A stretch of 31,253 bases of DNA from a virus. The stretch spans positions 145,711 to 176,963 of the IMG/VR virus record IMGVR_UViG_2919361683_000002; one strand, 5' to 3'. The position numbers and the translations under genes were made by a program. Numbering within the stretch: the first letter of the stretch is position 1; the number at the start of each line of letters is the position of its first letter. Shown here piece after piece: positions 1 to 9,610 of the stretch. The notes under the pieces were generated by a model that searched no databases, had not been told where the DNA came from, and saw only the letters and a program-made list of their open reading frames with translations.

Positions 1-2
1 GT

Positions 3-548
3 TTGAAATATGGATACAGAGAATATTCTAACAAAGACTATGTAATCAAGATCGAAACGCAGTATAAAGAACATGAAGTAGAAGACTTAAAAAAAATTTA
101 TGAAATACAAGTTGAGAATTATATCGGCAAAAAAATGCGATCAAGTGGAGACGATCATCCATTAAATGCTGTTACTATTTTAAAATTAGAAAACCATCTA
201 ATTCAGCTACTAAGCGAAGAAATATTTAATGCATATAAAAAAGAAACAATTAATTATTTCTTGGAGTATCAATCATGCAACAAATTACTTGAAATCAACG
301 ATGAAGAAATGAAAGAATTCAAAAGTAATTGTAAAACAATCGAAACTATTGTAGAGAAGTTAAAGACAGGAAATTTGAATAGTCAATTAAATAGTATTTA
401 TGGAATGTCTATTAGTTCCCGTATCGACAAATTTGAAGAGATTTTAAATGATATGTATCAAGTCGTTAAACGATACGATACATTTATCTCATTGTCTAAA
501 GATTTTGAAGGAATAGTTAAACAGGATTATAATTACATTTTGTTGTAG
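3..548 (+). CDS. Hypothetical phage protein, probably 5'-truncated by the window edge
   Basis: Open frame from the window start, ending just before the nrdD start; no recognisable motif. Confidence 0.6.
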   Translation: MKYGYREYSNKDYVIKIETQYKEHEVEDLKKIYEIQVENYIGKKMRSSGDDHPLNAVTILKLENHLIQLLSEEIFNAYKKETINYFLEYQSCNKLLEINDEEMKEFKSNCKTIETIVEKLKTGNLNSQLNSIYGMSISSRIDKFEEILNDMYQVVKRYDTFISLSKDFEGIVKQDYNYILL

Positions 549-552
549 GGAG

Positions 553-2502
553 ATGGTACATACGCAATTATTTTATAAAAGCGATTTATATAAGTTAGGC
601 GAAGGAATAATTTCAGGTAAAAATGAAGATATAACAAAAGAAAATGCAAATCTAAACGGCGAGTCCTATAGTGGGAAGATGAATAGATTTGGTTCTGAAT
701 ATAGTAAAATGTATGCACGAAATGTAGTATTACCTGAAAGTTTGGTAAAGGCAATAGATGAAGGATATGTCTATGTACATGATTTGGATCATTACGCAAT
801 TGGGACACACAACTGCTTATTTATTCCCTTTGATAAGTTATTGGCAAATGGATTCGAAGTTAGCGATAAAGGATCTGTAAGAACTCCAAACTCAATCATG
901 ACCGCGATGGCACAAGCAGCTATTATTTTTCAATGCCAACAAAACAGTCAGTATGGGGGTTGTGGAGCTTCAAAGTTTGACTGGGATTTAGCTCCATATG
1001 TAACTAAGTCATTTAAAAAGCACTTTAAAAAAGGACAAAAGTACTTTAATGAGTTTTATTCAGAAGTTGAAGATGACCAATTATATATAGACAATGTAGA
1101 ACTTAGCAAGGTGTTTCCGAAATCTTATACATATGCAACCGAAGAAACTAAAATTGAAACATATCAAGCATCTGAGAGTTTGATTCATAATCTTAATACA
1201 ATGGCATCTCGTGCTGGAGGACAAGTACCGTTTACCAGTGTAACCTTTGGTCTTTGCACTTCGACTGAAGGAAGATTGATTTCTGATTCACTACTAACAG
1301 CATCAATAAATGGATTAGGACACTCAGAAACAGCGATATTTCCGCAATTAATTTTTCAATGTAAAAAAGGAATCAACCAAGACGAATCTGATCCTAATTA
1401 TGATTTATTCATGAAAGCACTTGAATGTTCAAGTAAACGACTCTTTCCGAATTTCGTTAACGTAGATGCTGACTTCAATCTTCAATATTACGACCCAAAT
1501 AAACCAGATACAGCAATTGCAACGATGGGTTGCAGAACCCGTGTAATATCTAACCGTTTTGGAGAACCTTCTCAGTCTGGTCGAGGTAATCTTTCTTTTA
1601 ATTCTGTTAACCTAACGAAACTAGGAATTGAGTATGGAATAGTTAATGGTCGTAAAGAAAGAGATATTGATGGATTTATGGACAAGCTAGATGAAGTTCT
1701 TGATGTAGCTCTCGAAGGTTTAGTTCATCGTTACAATATTCAATGTGAACAACCTGCGAAGGCAAGTGACTTTATGATGCAAAATGGTTCTTGGGTTGGT
1801 GGCGAGAAACTAAAGCCAAACGAGAAACTTGGTGATTTACTTCGTGTGGGTTCGATTAGTATTGGATTTGTGGGATTGGCTGAATGTCTTAAGGCGCTAT
1901 TTGGAGTTCATCATGGTGAGAGTCCAAGTGCATGGAAAGCAGGATATAGCATCATTTCTTACATCAAGAATTTTTGCGATAAAAAGTCTGATGAATATGA
2001 TATGAATATCACTTGTTTCGCTACTCCAGCAGAAAGCCTTGCGGGTAAGTTTGCGAAATTACTTCAAAATCAATACGGAAAAATTGAGGGTGTAACAGAT
2101 AGAGATTATCTAACTAATTCTTTTCATGTACCAGTCTATTATGAGATTAAAGCATACGAAAAAATTGAGCGCGAAGCCCCTTTTCACAAATTAACTAACG
2201 CAGGACACATTTCTTATGTTGAATTGGACGGAAACGCAAGGAACAATCTGCAAGCATTTAAACGAATTGTTCAATATGCTTTGAATAAAAACATGGGATA
2301 TTTCAGCGTTAATCATCCCATAGACAAATGTTTATCTTGTAATTTTGATGGAGTGATAAATAAAGAATGCCCTATTTGTGGAGAGAGCGATGAAGAAAAT
2401 ATCTCACGGATTCGCAGGGTTACAGGATATTTAGTCGGCAATCTGAATCGATTTAACTCAGCAAAAAGAGCGGAAGAAAAAGATAGATTAAAACATAAGT
2501 AA
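553..2502 (+). CDS. nrdD: Anaerobic (class III) ribonucleoside-triphosphate reductase, no N-terminal ATP cone
   Basis: YVHDLD, THNC, MGCRT finger loop, GRGNLSF, ATPAES, YLTNSFH, CxxC...CPxCG zinc site and the RRVTGYL glycyl-radical motif. Confidence 0.95.
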   Translation: MVHTQLFYKSDLYKLGEGIISGKNEDITKENANLNGESYSGKMNRFGSEYSKMYARNVVLPESLVKAIDEGYVYVHDLDHYAIGTHNCLFIPFDKLLANGFEVSDKGSVRTPNSIMTAMAQAAIIFQCQQNSQYGGCGASKFDWDLAPYVTKSFKKHFKKGQKYFNEFYSEVEDDQLYIDNVELSKVFPKSYTYATEETKIETYQASESLIHNLNTMASRAGGQVPFTSVTFGLCTSTEGRLISDSLLTASINGLGHSETAIFPQLIFQCKKGINQDESDPNYDLFMKALECSSKRLFPNFVNVDADFNLQYYDPNKPDTAIATMGCRTRVISNRFGEPSQSGRGNLSFNSVNLTKLGIEYGIVNGRKERDIDGFMDKLDEVLDVALEGLVHRYNIQCEQPAKASDFMMQNGSWVGGEKLKPNEKLGDLLRVGSISIGFVGLAECLKALFGVHHGESPSAWKAGYSIISYIKNFCDKKSDEYDMNITCFATPAESLAGKFAKLLQNQYGKIEGVTDRDYLTNSFHVPVYYEIKAYEKIEREAPFHKLTNAGHISYVELDGNARNNLQAFKRIVQYALNKNMGYFSVNHPIDKCLSCNFDGVINKECPICGESDEENISRIRRVTGYLVGNLNRFNSAKRAEEKDRLKHK

Positions 2503-2552
2503 TTATATGGGTGGGCGGTAGGGTATAAGGAGGTTGAAATGCGAGAAATCGA

Positions 2553-2903
2553 ATGTTAATTGTATATGACTCACTTACAGGCAACGTAGAACGATTTGTA
2601 AAGAAACTAGGAATGAGAAATATTAAGATCGATGATGGCTTACTCATTGATGAACCTTTCGTTTTAATTACGTATACAACTGGATTTGGAGAAGTGCCCA
2701 AAAGAGTTGTAGATTTTGTTAAAAATAATGAGTATTATATGAAGGGCGTTATATCTAGTGGTAACCGTAACTGGGGTCTTAAGTTTGGCAAAGCAGCAGA
2801 AATTATATCACATGAATATTGTATTCCTTTGATTCACAAATTTGAACTCTCAGGTAACCAAATGGACATTGAAATTATAAACGAAAGGATTAAAAATATT
2901 TGA
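2553..2903 (+). CDS. nrdI: Class Ib RNR flavodoxin NrdI
   Basis: YDSLTGNVERFV, TYTTGFGEVP, SSGNRNWG, FELSG motifs; directly upstream of nrdE. Confidence 0.95.
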   Translation: MLIVYDSLTGNVERFVKKLGMRNIKIDDGLLIDEPFVLITYTTGFGEVPKRVVDFVKNNEYYMKGVISSGNRNWGLKFGKAAEIISHEYCIPLIHKFELSGNQMDIEIINERIKNI

Positions 2904-4975
2904 AATACTTAGAATTGAACAACCTAATTATGAAGAAAAAAGACGGATTCTTTGACCTTGAAAAAGATTATGAAGCAATCAAAGAGTTTGAAAAAGAAGT
3001 AATTAAAAATACAGTACATTTCAATAATAATGAAGAACGAATGAAGCATCTAATTGAGAATGACTATTACATAGATTTTTACGAACTTTATAGCAAAGAT
3101 GAAATAAATAAGCTACATGAAATAGCTTATAGCTACAAATTTAAATTTGCTTCATATATGGCTATTCAAAAGTTTTATAACGATTATGCATTGAAGACAA
3201 ACGATAAAAACAATTATCTTGAGGATATCGAGCAACACAATTGTGTGGTCGCAATGTATTTGGCACAAGGGCAGTATGAAGTGGCAGTGAACATTCTAAA
3301 AGGATTAATGGAGCAACGAATTCAACCTAGCACTCCTACGTATTTGAATGCTGGACGCAGCAGAAGAGGAGAAATGGTGTCTTGTTTCTTACTTGAGATG
3401 GATGATTCTTTAAACTCCATCAACTATGTACTTAATACTTGTATGCAGCTCTCTAAGATTGGTGGAGGTGTTGCAGTAAACCTTTCTAAGTTACGTGGAC
3501 GAGGAGAACCAATTAAAGGTGTAGAAGGCGCAGCTAAAGGAATAAGTCCTGTTTTGAAGCTCATGGAAGATGCTTTTTCCTATGCTGATCAAATGGGGCA
3601 ACGCAAAGGCTCAGGAGCAGGATACTATAATATCTTTGGATGGGATGTTCAAGAATTCTTGGATAGTAAAAAAATTAATGCTGATGAAAAGTCCCGACTT
3701 AAGACACTCTCTATCGGTCTCATAGTACCTCAAAAATTCTACGAACTTGCTGAGCAAGATAAACCTCTATATGTATTTGCACCATATTCAGTATACAAAG
3801 CTTATGGAATTCATCTTGATGACATGAATATGGATGAGATGTATGAAGAACTACTGAAGAATGAAGCGGTTAAAAAGAAGCGTCTAGATGCGAGAGATAT
3901 GATCACTAAAATTGCTGTATCGCAACTTGAATCTGGCTATCCATACATAGTAAATAGAGATAACGCTAATAGTACACATGCTTTAAAAGGAATTGGAAAT
4001 ATAAAGATGTCAAATCTATGCACTGAAATTTTTCAGCTACAAGAAACTTCAGAAATTAATGATTATGGACAAGACGACATAATCCGTAAGGACATTAGCT
4101 GCAATTTGGCTTCATTGAACATTGTGAACGTTATGGAATCTAAAAACATCAAGGAGTCTGTATTCACAGGAATTTATGCAATCGACTCTGTGTCGAGATT
4201 GACCAACATCGGTAATGCTCCCGGTGTAAAATTAGCCAATGATGAATTGCATTCGATTGGACTTGGAGCAATGAACCTGCATGGATTTTTAGCGAAAAAC
4301 CGTATTGCCTATGAAAGTAATGAAGCCATTGAATTCGTTAGAGCATTTTTTGCTGCTATGAATTTTTACTCTCTTGAAGCAAGTATGGAACTTTCTAAGA
4401 AGTATGGCTCATTTAAAGGGTTTGAACTTTCCGAATATGCAAACGGAAATTACTTTACAATGTACGAAAAAGAAGACTTCAATCCAGTCAATGAGAAGAT
4501 CAAAAAGTTATTTGAAGGTATTAATCTCCCGACCAAAAAAGATTGGAATAGATTGAAAACGCAAGTTGCTGAATTTGGTTTGGCTAATGCATACAGACTC
4601 ACAATTGCTCCAACGCAATCCATTAGTTACGTACAAAATTCAACGTCAAGTGTTATGCCAATCGTTGAACCTATAGAAACAAGAACTTACGCCAATTCAA
4701 CAACATATTACCCTATGCCGTTTTTGGCACGAGATAACTTCTTCTTCTATAAGTCTGCATACAATATGGATATGTTTAAAATGATTGATTTGATTTCAGA
4801 AATTCAGAGACATATCGATCAAGGCGTATCAACAATATTGTATGTGAATAGTGATGTGTCCACAAAAGAATTGGGAAGGTACTATGTATATGCCAATAAG
4901 AAAGGTCTCAAATCTTTGTATTATACACGCACTAAAAAATTATCTGTAGAAGAATGTACAAGCTGTGCTATTTAA
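2900..4975 (+). CDS. nrdE: Class Ib ribonucleotide reductase alpha subunit
   Basis: QPSTPTYLNAGR, VSCFLL, GGGV, SNLCTEI, SCNLASLN, IAPTQSIS, KSLYY and C-terminal CTSC; TTG start overlaps the nrdI stop. Confidence 0.96.
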   Translation: MKYLELNNLIMKKKDGFFDLEKDYEAIKEFEKEVIKNTVHFNNNEERMKHLIENDYYIDFYELYSKDEINKLHEIAYSYKFKFASYMAIQKFYNDYALKTNDKNNYLEDIEQHNCVVAMYLAQGQYEVAVNILKGLMEQRIQPSTPTYLNAGRSRRGEMVSCFLLEMDDSLNSINYVLNTCMQLSKIGGGVAVNLSKLRGRGEPIKGVEGAAKGISPVLKLMEDAFSYADQMGQRKGSGAGYYNIFGWDVQEFLDSKKINADEKSRLKTLSIGLIVPQKFYELAEQDKPLYVFAPYSVYKAYGIHLDDMNMDEMYEELLKNEAVKKKRLDARDMITKIAVSQLESGYPYIVNRDNANSTHALKGIGNIKMSNLCTEIFQLQETSEINDYGQDDIIRKDISCNLASLNIVNVMESKNIKESVFTGIYAIDSVSRLTNIGNAPGVKLANDELHSIGLGAMNLHGFLAKNRIAYESNEAIEFVRAFFAAMNFYSLEASMELSKKYGSFKGFELSEYANGNYFTMYEKEDFNPVNEKIKKLFEGINLPTKKDWNRLKTQVAEFGLANAYRLTIAPTQSISYVQNSTSSVMPIVEPIETRTYANSTTYYPMPFLARDNFFFYKSAYNMDMFKMIDLISEIQRHIDQGVSTILYVNSDVSTKELGRYYVYANKKGLKSLYYTRTKKLSVEECTSCAI

Positions 4976-4995
4976 ACGAACAGGAGAGTAACTAG

Positions 4996-5964
4996 ATGAC
5001 ATTAAAAGCTGTAAATTGGAACAGAGAAGACGATGGGTTTACTCAGACATTTTGGAAGCAGAATATTGAACAATTTTGGACGGATGATGAGATTCCGCTA
5101 TCCGATGACAAGATGAGCTGGGTCGATTTAATGCCGACTGAACAAGACGTATATAAAAGGGTATTGGGTGGTTTGACGTTACTTGATACTCTACAGGGAG
5201 GGGTAGGGATGCCCCAAATTTTAGAGCAAGTCGAAGGACTCCAACGAAAAGCAGTATTTGGTTTTATGGGTATGATGGAGCAAATCCATGCCAAATCATA
5301 CAGCAGCATTTTTACCACATTGGCTACTAATGAAGAAATTGATGAAATTTTTGAATGGGTGGAACAAAATAAACATCTTCAACAAAAGGCTAAAACAATA
5401 AAGCAATACTACATTAATATTAGAACCAAAAGAGATTTTTATATGGCAATGGCTGCTTCTGTTCTTTTGGAAAGCTATTTGTTTTACAGTGGATTCTTCT
5501 ATCCTCTGTACTTAGCTGGACAGGGTAAATTAACAGCCAGTGGAGAAATCATTGATCTTATTTTGCGTGACGAAGCCATTCACGGTCTATACACAGGTTT
5601 AATCGCTCAAGAAGTGTACGAATCAATGAACAAACGTGACAAGGATCGAGTAAGGGAGGAAGTGCTTGATCTCGTTGCTGAACTATACAAAAATGAAGCG
5701 GAATATACTGACGAGTTATATGCTGTTATTGGTCTTGAAGAGGAAGTTAAAAAGTATGTACGTTATAATGCGAATCGTGCCTTGCAGAATCTAGGCTTTG
5801 ATAATTACTTTCCAGTAGAAGATATTAATCCAATTGTACAGAATGGTATCAGTACGAATACAAAGCAGCATGACTTCTTTTCGAAAAAAGGGAATGGCTA
5901 TGTCAGAACAACAAATATTGAAAGAATGACAGACGCAGATTTCAAGTTTGATTTTAATAAGTAG
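4996..5964 (+). CDS. nrdF: Class Ib ribonucleotide reductase beta subunit
   Basis: AVNWN, LTLLDTLQ, MEQIHAKSYS, LESYLFYSGF, RDEAIHG, HDFFS..GNGY; RBS AGGAG. Confidence 0.96.
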   Translation: MTLKAVNWNREDDGFTQTFWKQNIEQFWTDDEIPLSDDKMSWVDLMPTEQDVYKRVLGGLTLLDTLQGGVGMPQILEQVEGLQRKAVFGFMGMMEQIHAKSYSSIFTTLATNEEIDEIFEWVEQNKHLQQKAKTIKQYYINIRTKRDFYMAMAASVLLESYLFYSGFFYPLYLAGQGKLTASGEIIDLILRDEAIHGLYTGLIAQEVYESMNKRDKDRVREEVLDLVAELYKNEAEYTDELYAVIGLEEEVKKYVRYNANRALQNLGFDNYFPVEDINPIVQNGISTNTKQHDFFSKKGNGYVRTTNIERMTDADFKFDFNK

Positions 5965-6000
5965 AACTAAAAAAGATATATAAGGGAGCAATTAATACAT

Positions 6001-6783
6001 ATGACAACTAAAAATAGTCAACAAGTAAAACAACCATTTTATAATATCGGTGATAAAGTTTACATTAAGCCGCTTAAGGTAAAAGGTGTTGTTAAGGGGC
6101 AACTAAATGGTCTTGCTGTCGTTACATACTTCATAAAAGATAAAAGACGTACAAATAAGTTCGAAACGCAAATGCTCAGAAAATATAAGGATAAGCAGAC
6201 TTCTACTAATGATGGATTTATTAATATTGATTTAAACGGAAACCTTCATCTTAAAAATGTAAAGATTCAAAATGATAGCCATTCTAGTGATTTCTTCAAG
6301 GTACGTGAATTCCAAAAGGCATTTAATTGCCCTGCTCCAGATGTGCCAACCGTACTGTCAGACAAATTAGCAATCAATCGTGCCTCTTTTATTCTTGAGG
6401 AAGTGATTGAGTTGTTGTATGCTACTGCTGGTAATAAAGAGAGGTTCGATAAGTTTTTTGCTGAATTAGTCCTGAACGCCGAGGAAACCTACGATAAACA
6501 GCTCACTAAGCCTTTTCCTGAAGATCGTCTAATTGGACAAATTGATGCTCTTACTGACATCAAGTATTTTGCTGAAGGTGGATTTGTTGAGACTTCTGTT
6601 ATTCCAGATAGAATTTTTGATTTAGTACATCAAGCAAACATGTCTAAAATTTTCCCTGATGGTAAGCCACACTACAATGAAGTAGGTAAGGTAATTAAGC
6701 CTGAAGGCTGGGAAGCTCCAGAACCTAAGATTGAAGAAGAAGTAAAACGACAAATTAAGCTTGGTGCAAAACGGTTTAACTAG
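6001..6783 (+). CDS. All-alpha NTP pyrophosphatase (MazG/DR2231-like, putative dUTPase) with an extra N-terminal beta-rich domain
   Basis: VREFQKAF, EEVIEL, IDALTDIKYF, VHQANMSK..DGK...GKVIKPEGW pattern; located between nrdF and thyX. Confidence 0.75.
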   Translation: MTTKNSQQVKQPFYNIGDKVYIKPLKVKGVVKGQLNGLAVVTYFIKDKRRTNKFETQMLRKYKDKQTSTNDGFINIDLNGNLHLKNVKIQNDSHSSDFFKVREFQKAFNCPAPDVPTVLSDKLAINRASFILEEVIELLYATAGNKERFDKFFAELVLNAEETYDKQLTKPFPEDRLIGQIDALTDIKYFAEGGFVETSVIPDRIFDLVHQANMSKIFPDGKPHYNEVGKVIKPEGWEAPEPKIEEEVKRQIKLGAKRFN

Positions 6784-6793
6784 TATAATCTTG

Positions 6794-6817
6794 GGCGGTG
6801 GTAATTCCACTGCCTTT
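6794..6817 (+). terminator. GC-rich hairpin with short U tract (weak terminator or processing stem)
   Basis: GGCGGTGG-taatt-CCACTGCC-TTT between the NTP-PPase gene and thyX. Confidence 0.4.
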
Positions 6818-6844
6818 AAAATTGATCAAAAGGAGAATTTATAT

Positions 6845-7528
6845 ATGAACAAAATCGATGTACTAGACAAGGGTTATGTAAGATTGGTAGATGTAATGGG
6901 TTCAGATCTTACAGTGGCTAATGCTGCTCGTGTATCCTATGCAAAAGAGTCAAAAGAACTAACTGAAAAGGATATTAAGTTAATTAAATTTCTAGCGCGA
7001 GAAGATCATACAAGCCCTTTTAGACATGCATTTCTCCAGTTTGAAGTATATGCACCTCTTATGGTAGCTCGACAATGGTGGAAATATATCGTTGGCTCTG
7101 ACCATACAATGGACGCATGGAACGAGTCTAGTCGCCGTTACATCACTGAAGAACCGAACTTTCATGTACCAGCATTTAATGAGTGGCGTTCTAAACCTGA
7201 AAACTCAAAGCAAGGCAGCGGAGATATTGTTAAATTTGAGCTTGGCGAAGAAGCTACATATCGACTTATTAAAACCATTGAGGATGCAGAAAGCAATTAT
7301 GAGTGGGCCATTGAAAAAGGGATCTGTGCAGAACAAGCAAGACTGTTTCTCCCAGCGTATAGTATGTATGTGCGTTGGTATTGGTCTACATCACTCCAAG
7401 GAGTTTGCCATTTCCTAAACCAGAGACTTGAACATGACGCTCAAAAGGAAATCCAAGAATACGCAAAAGCAGTTATCGAATTGGCAAAAGAAAGATTCCC
7501 TGTTAGCATTGACGAATTAAATAAATAA
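6845..7528 (+). CDS. thyX: FAD-dependent thymidylate synthase ThyX
   Basis: GYVRLVD.MGSD..VANAARVSY, HTSPFRH, NESSRRY, EQARLFLP, QRL...AQKEI. Start moved from 6761 to ATG 6845, behind RBS AAGGAG. Confidence 0.93.
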   Translation: MNKIDVLDKGYVRLVDVMGSDLTVANAARVSYAKESKELTEKDIKLIKFLAREDHTSPFRHAFLQFEVYAPLMVARQWWKYIVGSDHTMDAWNESSRRYITEEPNFHVPAFNEWRSKPENSKQGSGDIVKFELGEEATYRLIKTIEDAESNYEWAIEKGICAEQARLFLPAYSMYVRWYWSTSLQGVCHFLNQRLEHDAQKEIQEYAKAVIELAKERFPVSIDELNK

Positions 7529-7545
7529 AAATAATGAAATGCCTA

Positions 7546-7574
7546 TATACAAAAATAATTAAATATGATAATAT
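7546..7574 (+). promoter_or_regulatory. Candidate sigmaA-type promoter
   Basis: TATACA-17 nt-TAATAT with extended TG; same architecture as 18775-18803. Confidence 0.45.
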
Positions 7575-7575
7575 G

Positions 7576-7607
7576 AGTACAGGTTAAACGAAGCCTGTAC
7601 TTTTTTT
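7576..7607 (+). terminator. Intrinsic terminator of the nrd-thyX block
   Basis: AGTACAGG-loop-CCTGTACT followed by a T run. Confidence 0.75.
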
Positions 7608-7631
7608 ATTAGGAGGTTGATAGTTTGAAAG

Positions 7632-8171
7632 TTGCACACAAGAAAGGAAGTGAAGAGTACGCTCTTCTTCATAACAAACATTGCACCTACGATCATATTG
7701 GGATTAATGATGAGGTATGGTCGTCGAATATTCAAAGAAGATTTTTCTCAAATAAATTCAAAATTAAATAGAGAATCGATCTTCAATTCATTTTGTTTTA
7801 CTATTATGGGCTTCTCGATTCTATCAAAATTATCTTCATTAGTGGTAGCACAGCAACCAGTAATACCACATATTCAAACACCAATTATGTATGTGTATGC
7901 CATAGCATTTAGTCCTGTTTTTGAAGAATTGATTTGTAGAAAGTATATATTTACAAAACTACATAAACACTACAACTTTTGGCTATCAGCAATTTTAAGT
8001 TCCATCGTTTTTGCAGTACCACACTTCAACGCAGTTAATTTTATAGGGTATGTGTTTATCGGAATTGTGTGGAGTTGGTATTATAAAAAGACAGATAACA
8101 TTCTAGTACCAATATTCAGTCATCTATTATTTAATTACTTTGTTATTTTAATAATGTCTTTGAAAGGGTGA
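7632..8171 (+). CDS. CPBP/CAAX (Abi-family) intramembrane metalloprotease
   Basis: Hydrophobic segments with EELICR, FAVPH and SHLLFN motifs; start uncertain. Confidence 0.85.
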   Translation: MHTRKEVKSTLFFITNIAPTIILGLMMRYGRRIFKEDFSQINSKLNRESIFNSFCFTIMGFSILSKLSSLVVAQQPVIPHIQTPIMYVYAIAFSPVFEELICRKYIFTKLHKHYNFWLSAILSSIVFAVPHFNAVNFIGYVFIGIVWSWYYKKTDNILVPIFSHLLFNYFVILIMSLKG

Positions 8172-8407
8172 AACATATGAACTTATCAAGAGAAGCAGAA
8201 ACATTATTGAGTTTGTGTTGGGTAGACAATGAACCGAGATCTACAACTTTCCTTGTTGGTGAAAAAATGATTTTTAATGGAATCGAGTTTAAGCCTAACG
8301 AAGAAACGTATAATGAATTATTGGAGTATCAGTCCAGCTCTCCAAGACCATATAAGATTGAGAAGTTTGGCAAGTTCGTTAATCTCACAGGAAGGAAGGT
8401 GAATTAA
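8168..8407 (+). CDS. Hypothetical phage protein
   Basis: ORF coupled to the upstream gene; in-frame ATG a few codons in. Confidence 0.65.
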   Translation: MKHMNLSREAETLLSLCWVDNEPRSTTFLVGEKMIFNGIEFKPNEETYNELLEYQSSSPRPYKIEKFGKFVNLTGRKVN

Positions 8408-8409
8408 AT

Positions 8410-8592
8410 TTGATTCAAAATATTATACATAAGATATTTTGGAGTAAAGCATTTGAGGAAATCAGAGAAGGACATAGGAAAATGTGCTATGAACTAGGCA
8501 TTAAAGATGGTCAGGATGAATTTGATAAAAATAATAAATTCTATAAAGAGTTTGCTGAAGCAATTAACAATGAATCAACCATATTAAATTAA
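8410..8592 (+). CDS. Hypothetical phage protein
   Basis: 60-aa ORF with upstream GGAAGG, tightly packed. Confidence 0.55.
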   Translation: MIQNIIHKIFWSKAFEEIREGHRKMCYELGIKDGQDEFDKNNKFYKEFAEAINNESTILN

Positions 8593-8616
8593 ATAATACA
8601 TAGGAGAACTAGTTGA

Positions 8617-8904
8617 ATGAAAGTGAGTAACAGAGTTATTGAGCAGTTTAAAGTGTGTTGTCCAATTAGTTATTTAAAGTGTGATTCAATCACTGATGTT
8701 GAATACAAAATTAAAAGGGCAGTTACATTGGGAACCAAGTTTGCTGAATATGGAGAGACTAAGCACATACAGTATTATCACCTTCAGTTTACAGTGCAGA
8801 ATGGAAAAGTAATTGATCTGACTAAGAATTATGATAGATACATAGATGTACGTGAGAATGTCAAAAAAGCATATGATCGACTCGAAGGAAAGTTGCTAGT
8901 ATAA
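8617..8904 (+). CDS. Hypothetical phage protein
   Basis: RBS AGGAG, 95 aa. Confidence 0.7.
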   Translation: MKVSNRVIEQFKVCCPISYLKCDSITDVEYKIKRAVTLGTKFAEYGETKHIQYYHLQFTVQNGKVIDLTKNYDRYIDVRENVKKAYDRLEGKLLV

Positions 8905-8911
8905 CTCTTTG

Positions 8912-8927
8912 TAAAAGCCGTCTTTTA
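8912..8927. repeat. Palindromic junction site 1 (TAAAA-GCCGTC-TTTTA)
   Basis: Read directly; 7 nt after the stop of 8617-8904. Confidence 0.8.
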
Positions 8928-9013
8928 TCAAAATAGATAGTACAGACAACAATGGATTGAGAACACTAACTAATACATATAGAATAAAATAAATATATCG
9001 GAGGATAAATATT

Positions 9014-9295
9014 ATGAGAAAAGTGATTTTAGGAGCAAATAAAGAAATGATCGGGATGTATGTGGATCAAGTGTTAGAAAAATATGATGACAGTTTAATG
9101 GTCTTGGCTCCACCTTCAGGGACGATTAGCACTTATGCACCATCCAAGAAAGGAAAGAACAAGGGCTATTATCGAATCAAACTTGAAGTTTGGATTCCTG
9201 AAGATGCAATTAAGGGTGAGGACGCACTAAATGATTTTGGTGCATCTATTTTAATGAGACTACCCAAAGATAGAGTTGCTGACCATTTGAAGTAA
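9014..9295 (+). CDS. Hypothetical phage protein
   Basis: RBS GGAGG, 93 aa. Confidence 0.75.
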   Translation: MRKVILGANKEMIGMYVDQVLEKYDDSLMVLAPPSGTISTYAPSKKGKNKGYYRIKLEVWIPEDAIKGEDALNDFGASILMRLPKDRVADHLK

Positions 9296-9324
9296 ACTAT
9301 GCAAACAAATAAGGAGATAATTCA

Positions 9325-9579
9325 ATGAAAAGCAGTGCGGATTGTGAACTGATTAGTGTTTCACTTAGTAGTGAAAATTATTTTGGCAAAGATGATGAAC
9401 TTAATGGAAGTGCAAAAATTAAAGTTGATATCTCGATGGGGAAATTATTTGGAAAAACATTGGAGTGTTCAGAAACAGAATATATCAGTCTGTCAATGTT
9501 CTCTAAAGGAACTCAACAAAAAGCAATAGAATTATTTGAACAAATTAAAATAGAAATTAAGAACGAGATAAAAATCTAA
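9325..9579 (+). CDS. Hypothetical phage protein
   Basis: RBS AAGGAG, 84 aa. Confidence 0.7.
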   Translation: MKSSADCELISVSLSSENYFGKDDELNGSAKIKVDISMGKLFGKTLECSETEYISLSMFSKGTQQKAIELFEQIKIEIKNEIKI

Positions 9580-9584
9580 TTTTA
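9569..9584. repeat. Palindromic junction site 2 (TAAAA-ATCTAA-TTTTA, arms extend to GATAAAA/TTTTATC)
   Basis: Spacer contains the stop of 9325-9579; RBS AGGAGG follows. Confidence 0.8.
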
Positions 9585-9610
9585 TCAAAATATATAGGAG
9601 GATATAATAT

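Noticed and set aside
2900-5964. Group I introns or intein in nrdE/nrdF, as known for SPbeta
   Set aside because: Both ORFs are continuous and of normal length (691 and 322 aa) with no intein motifs seen.
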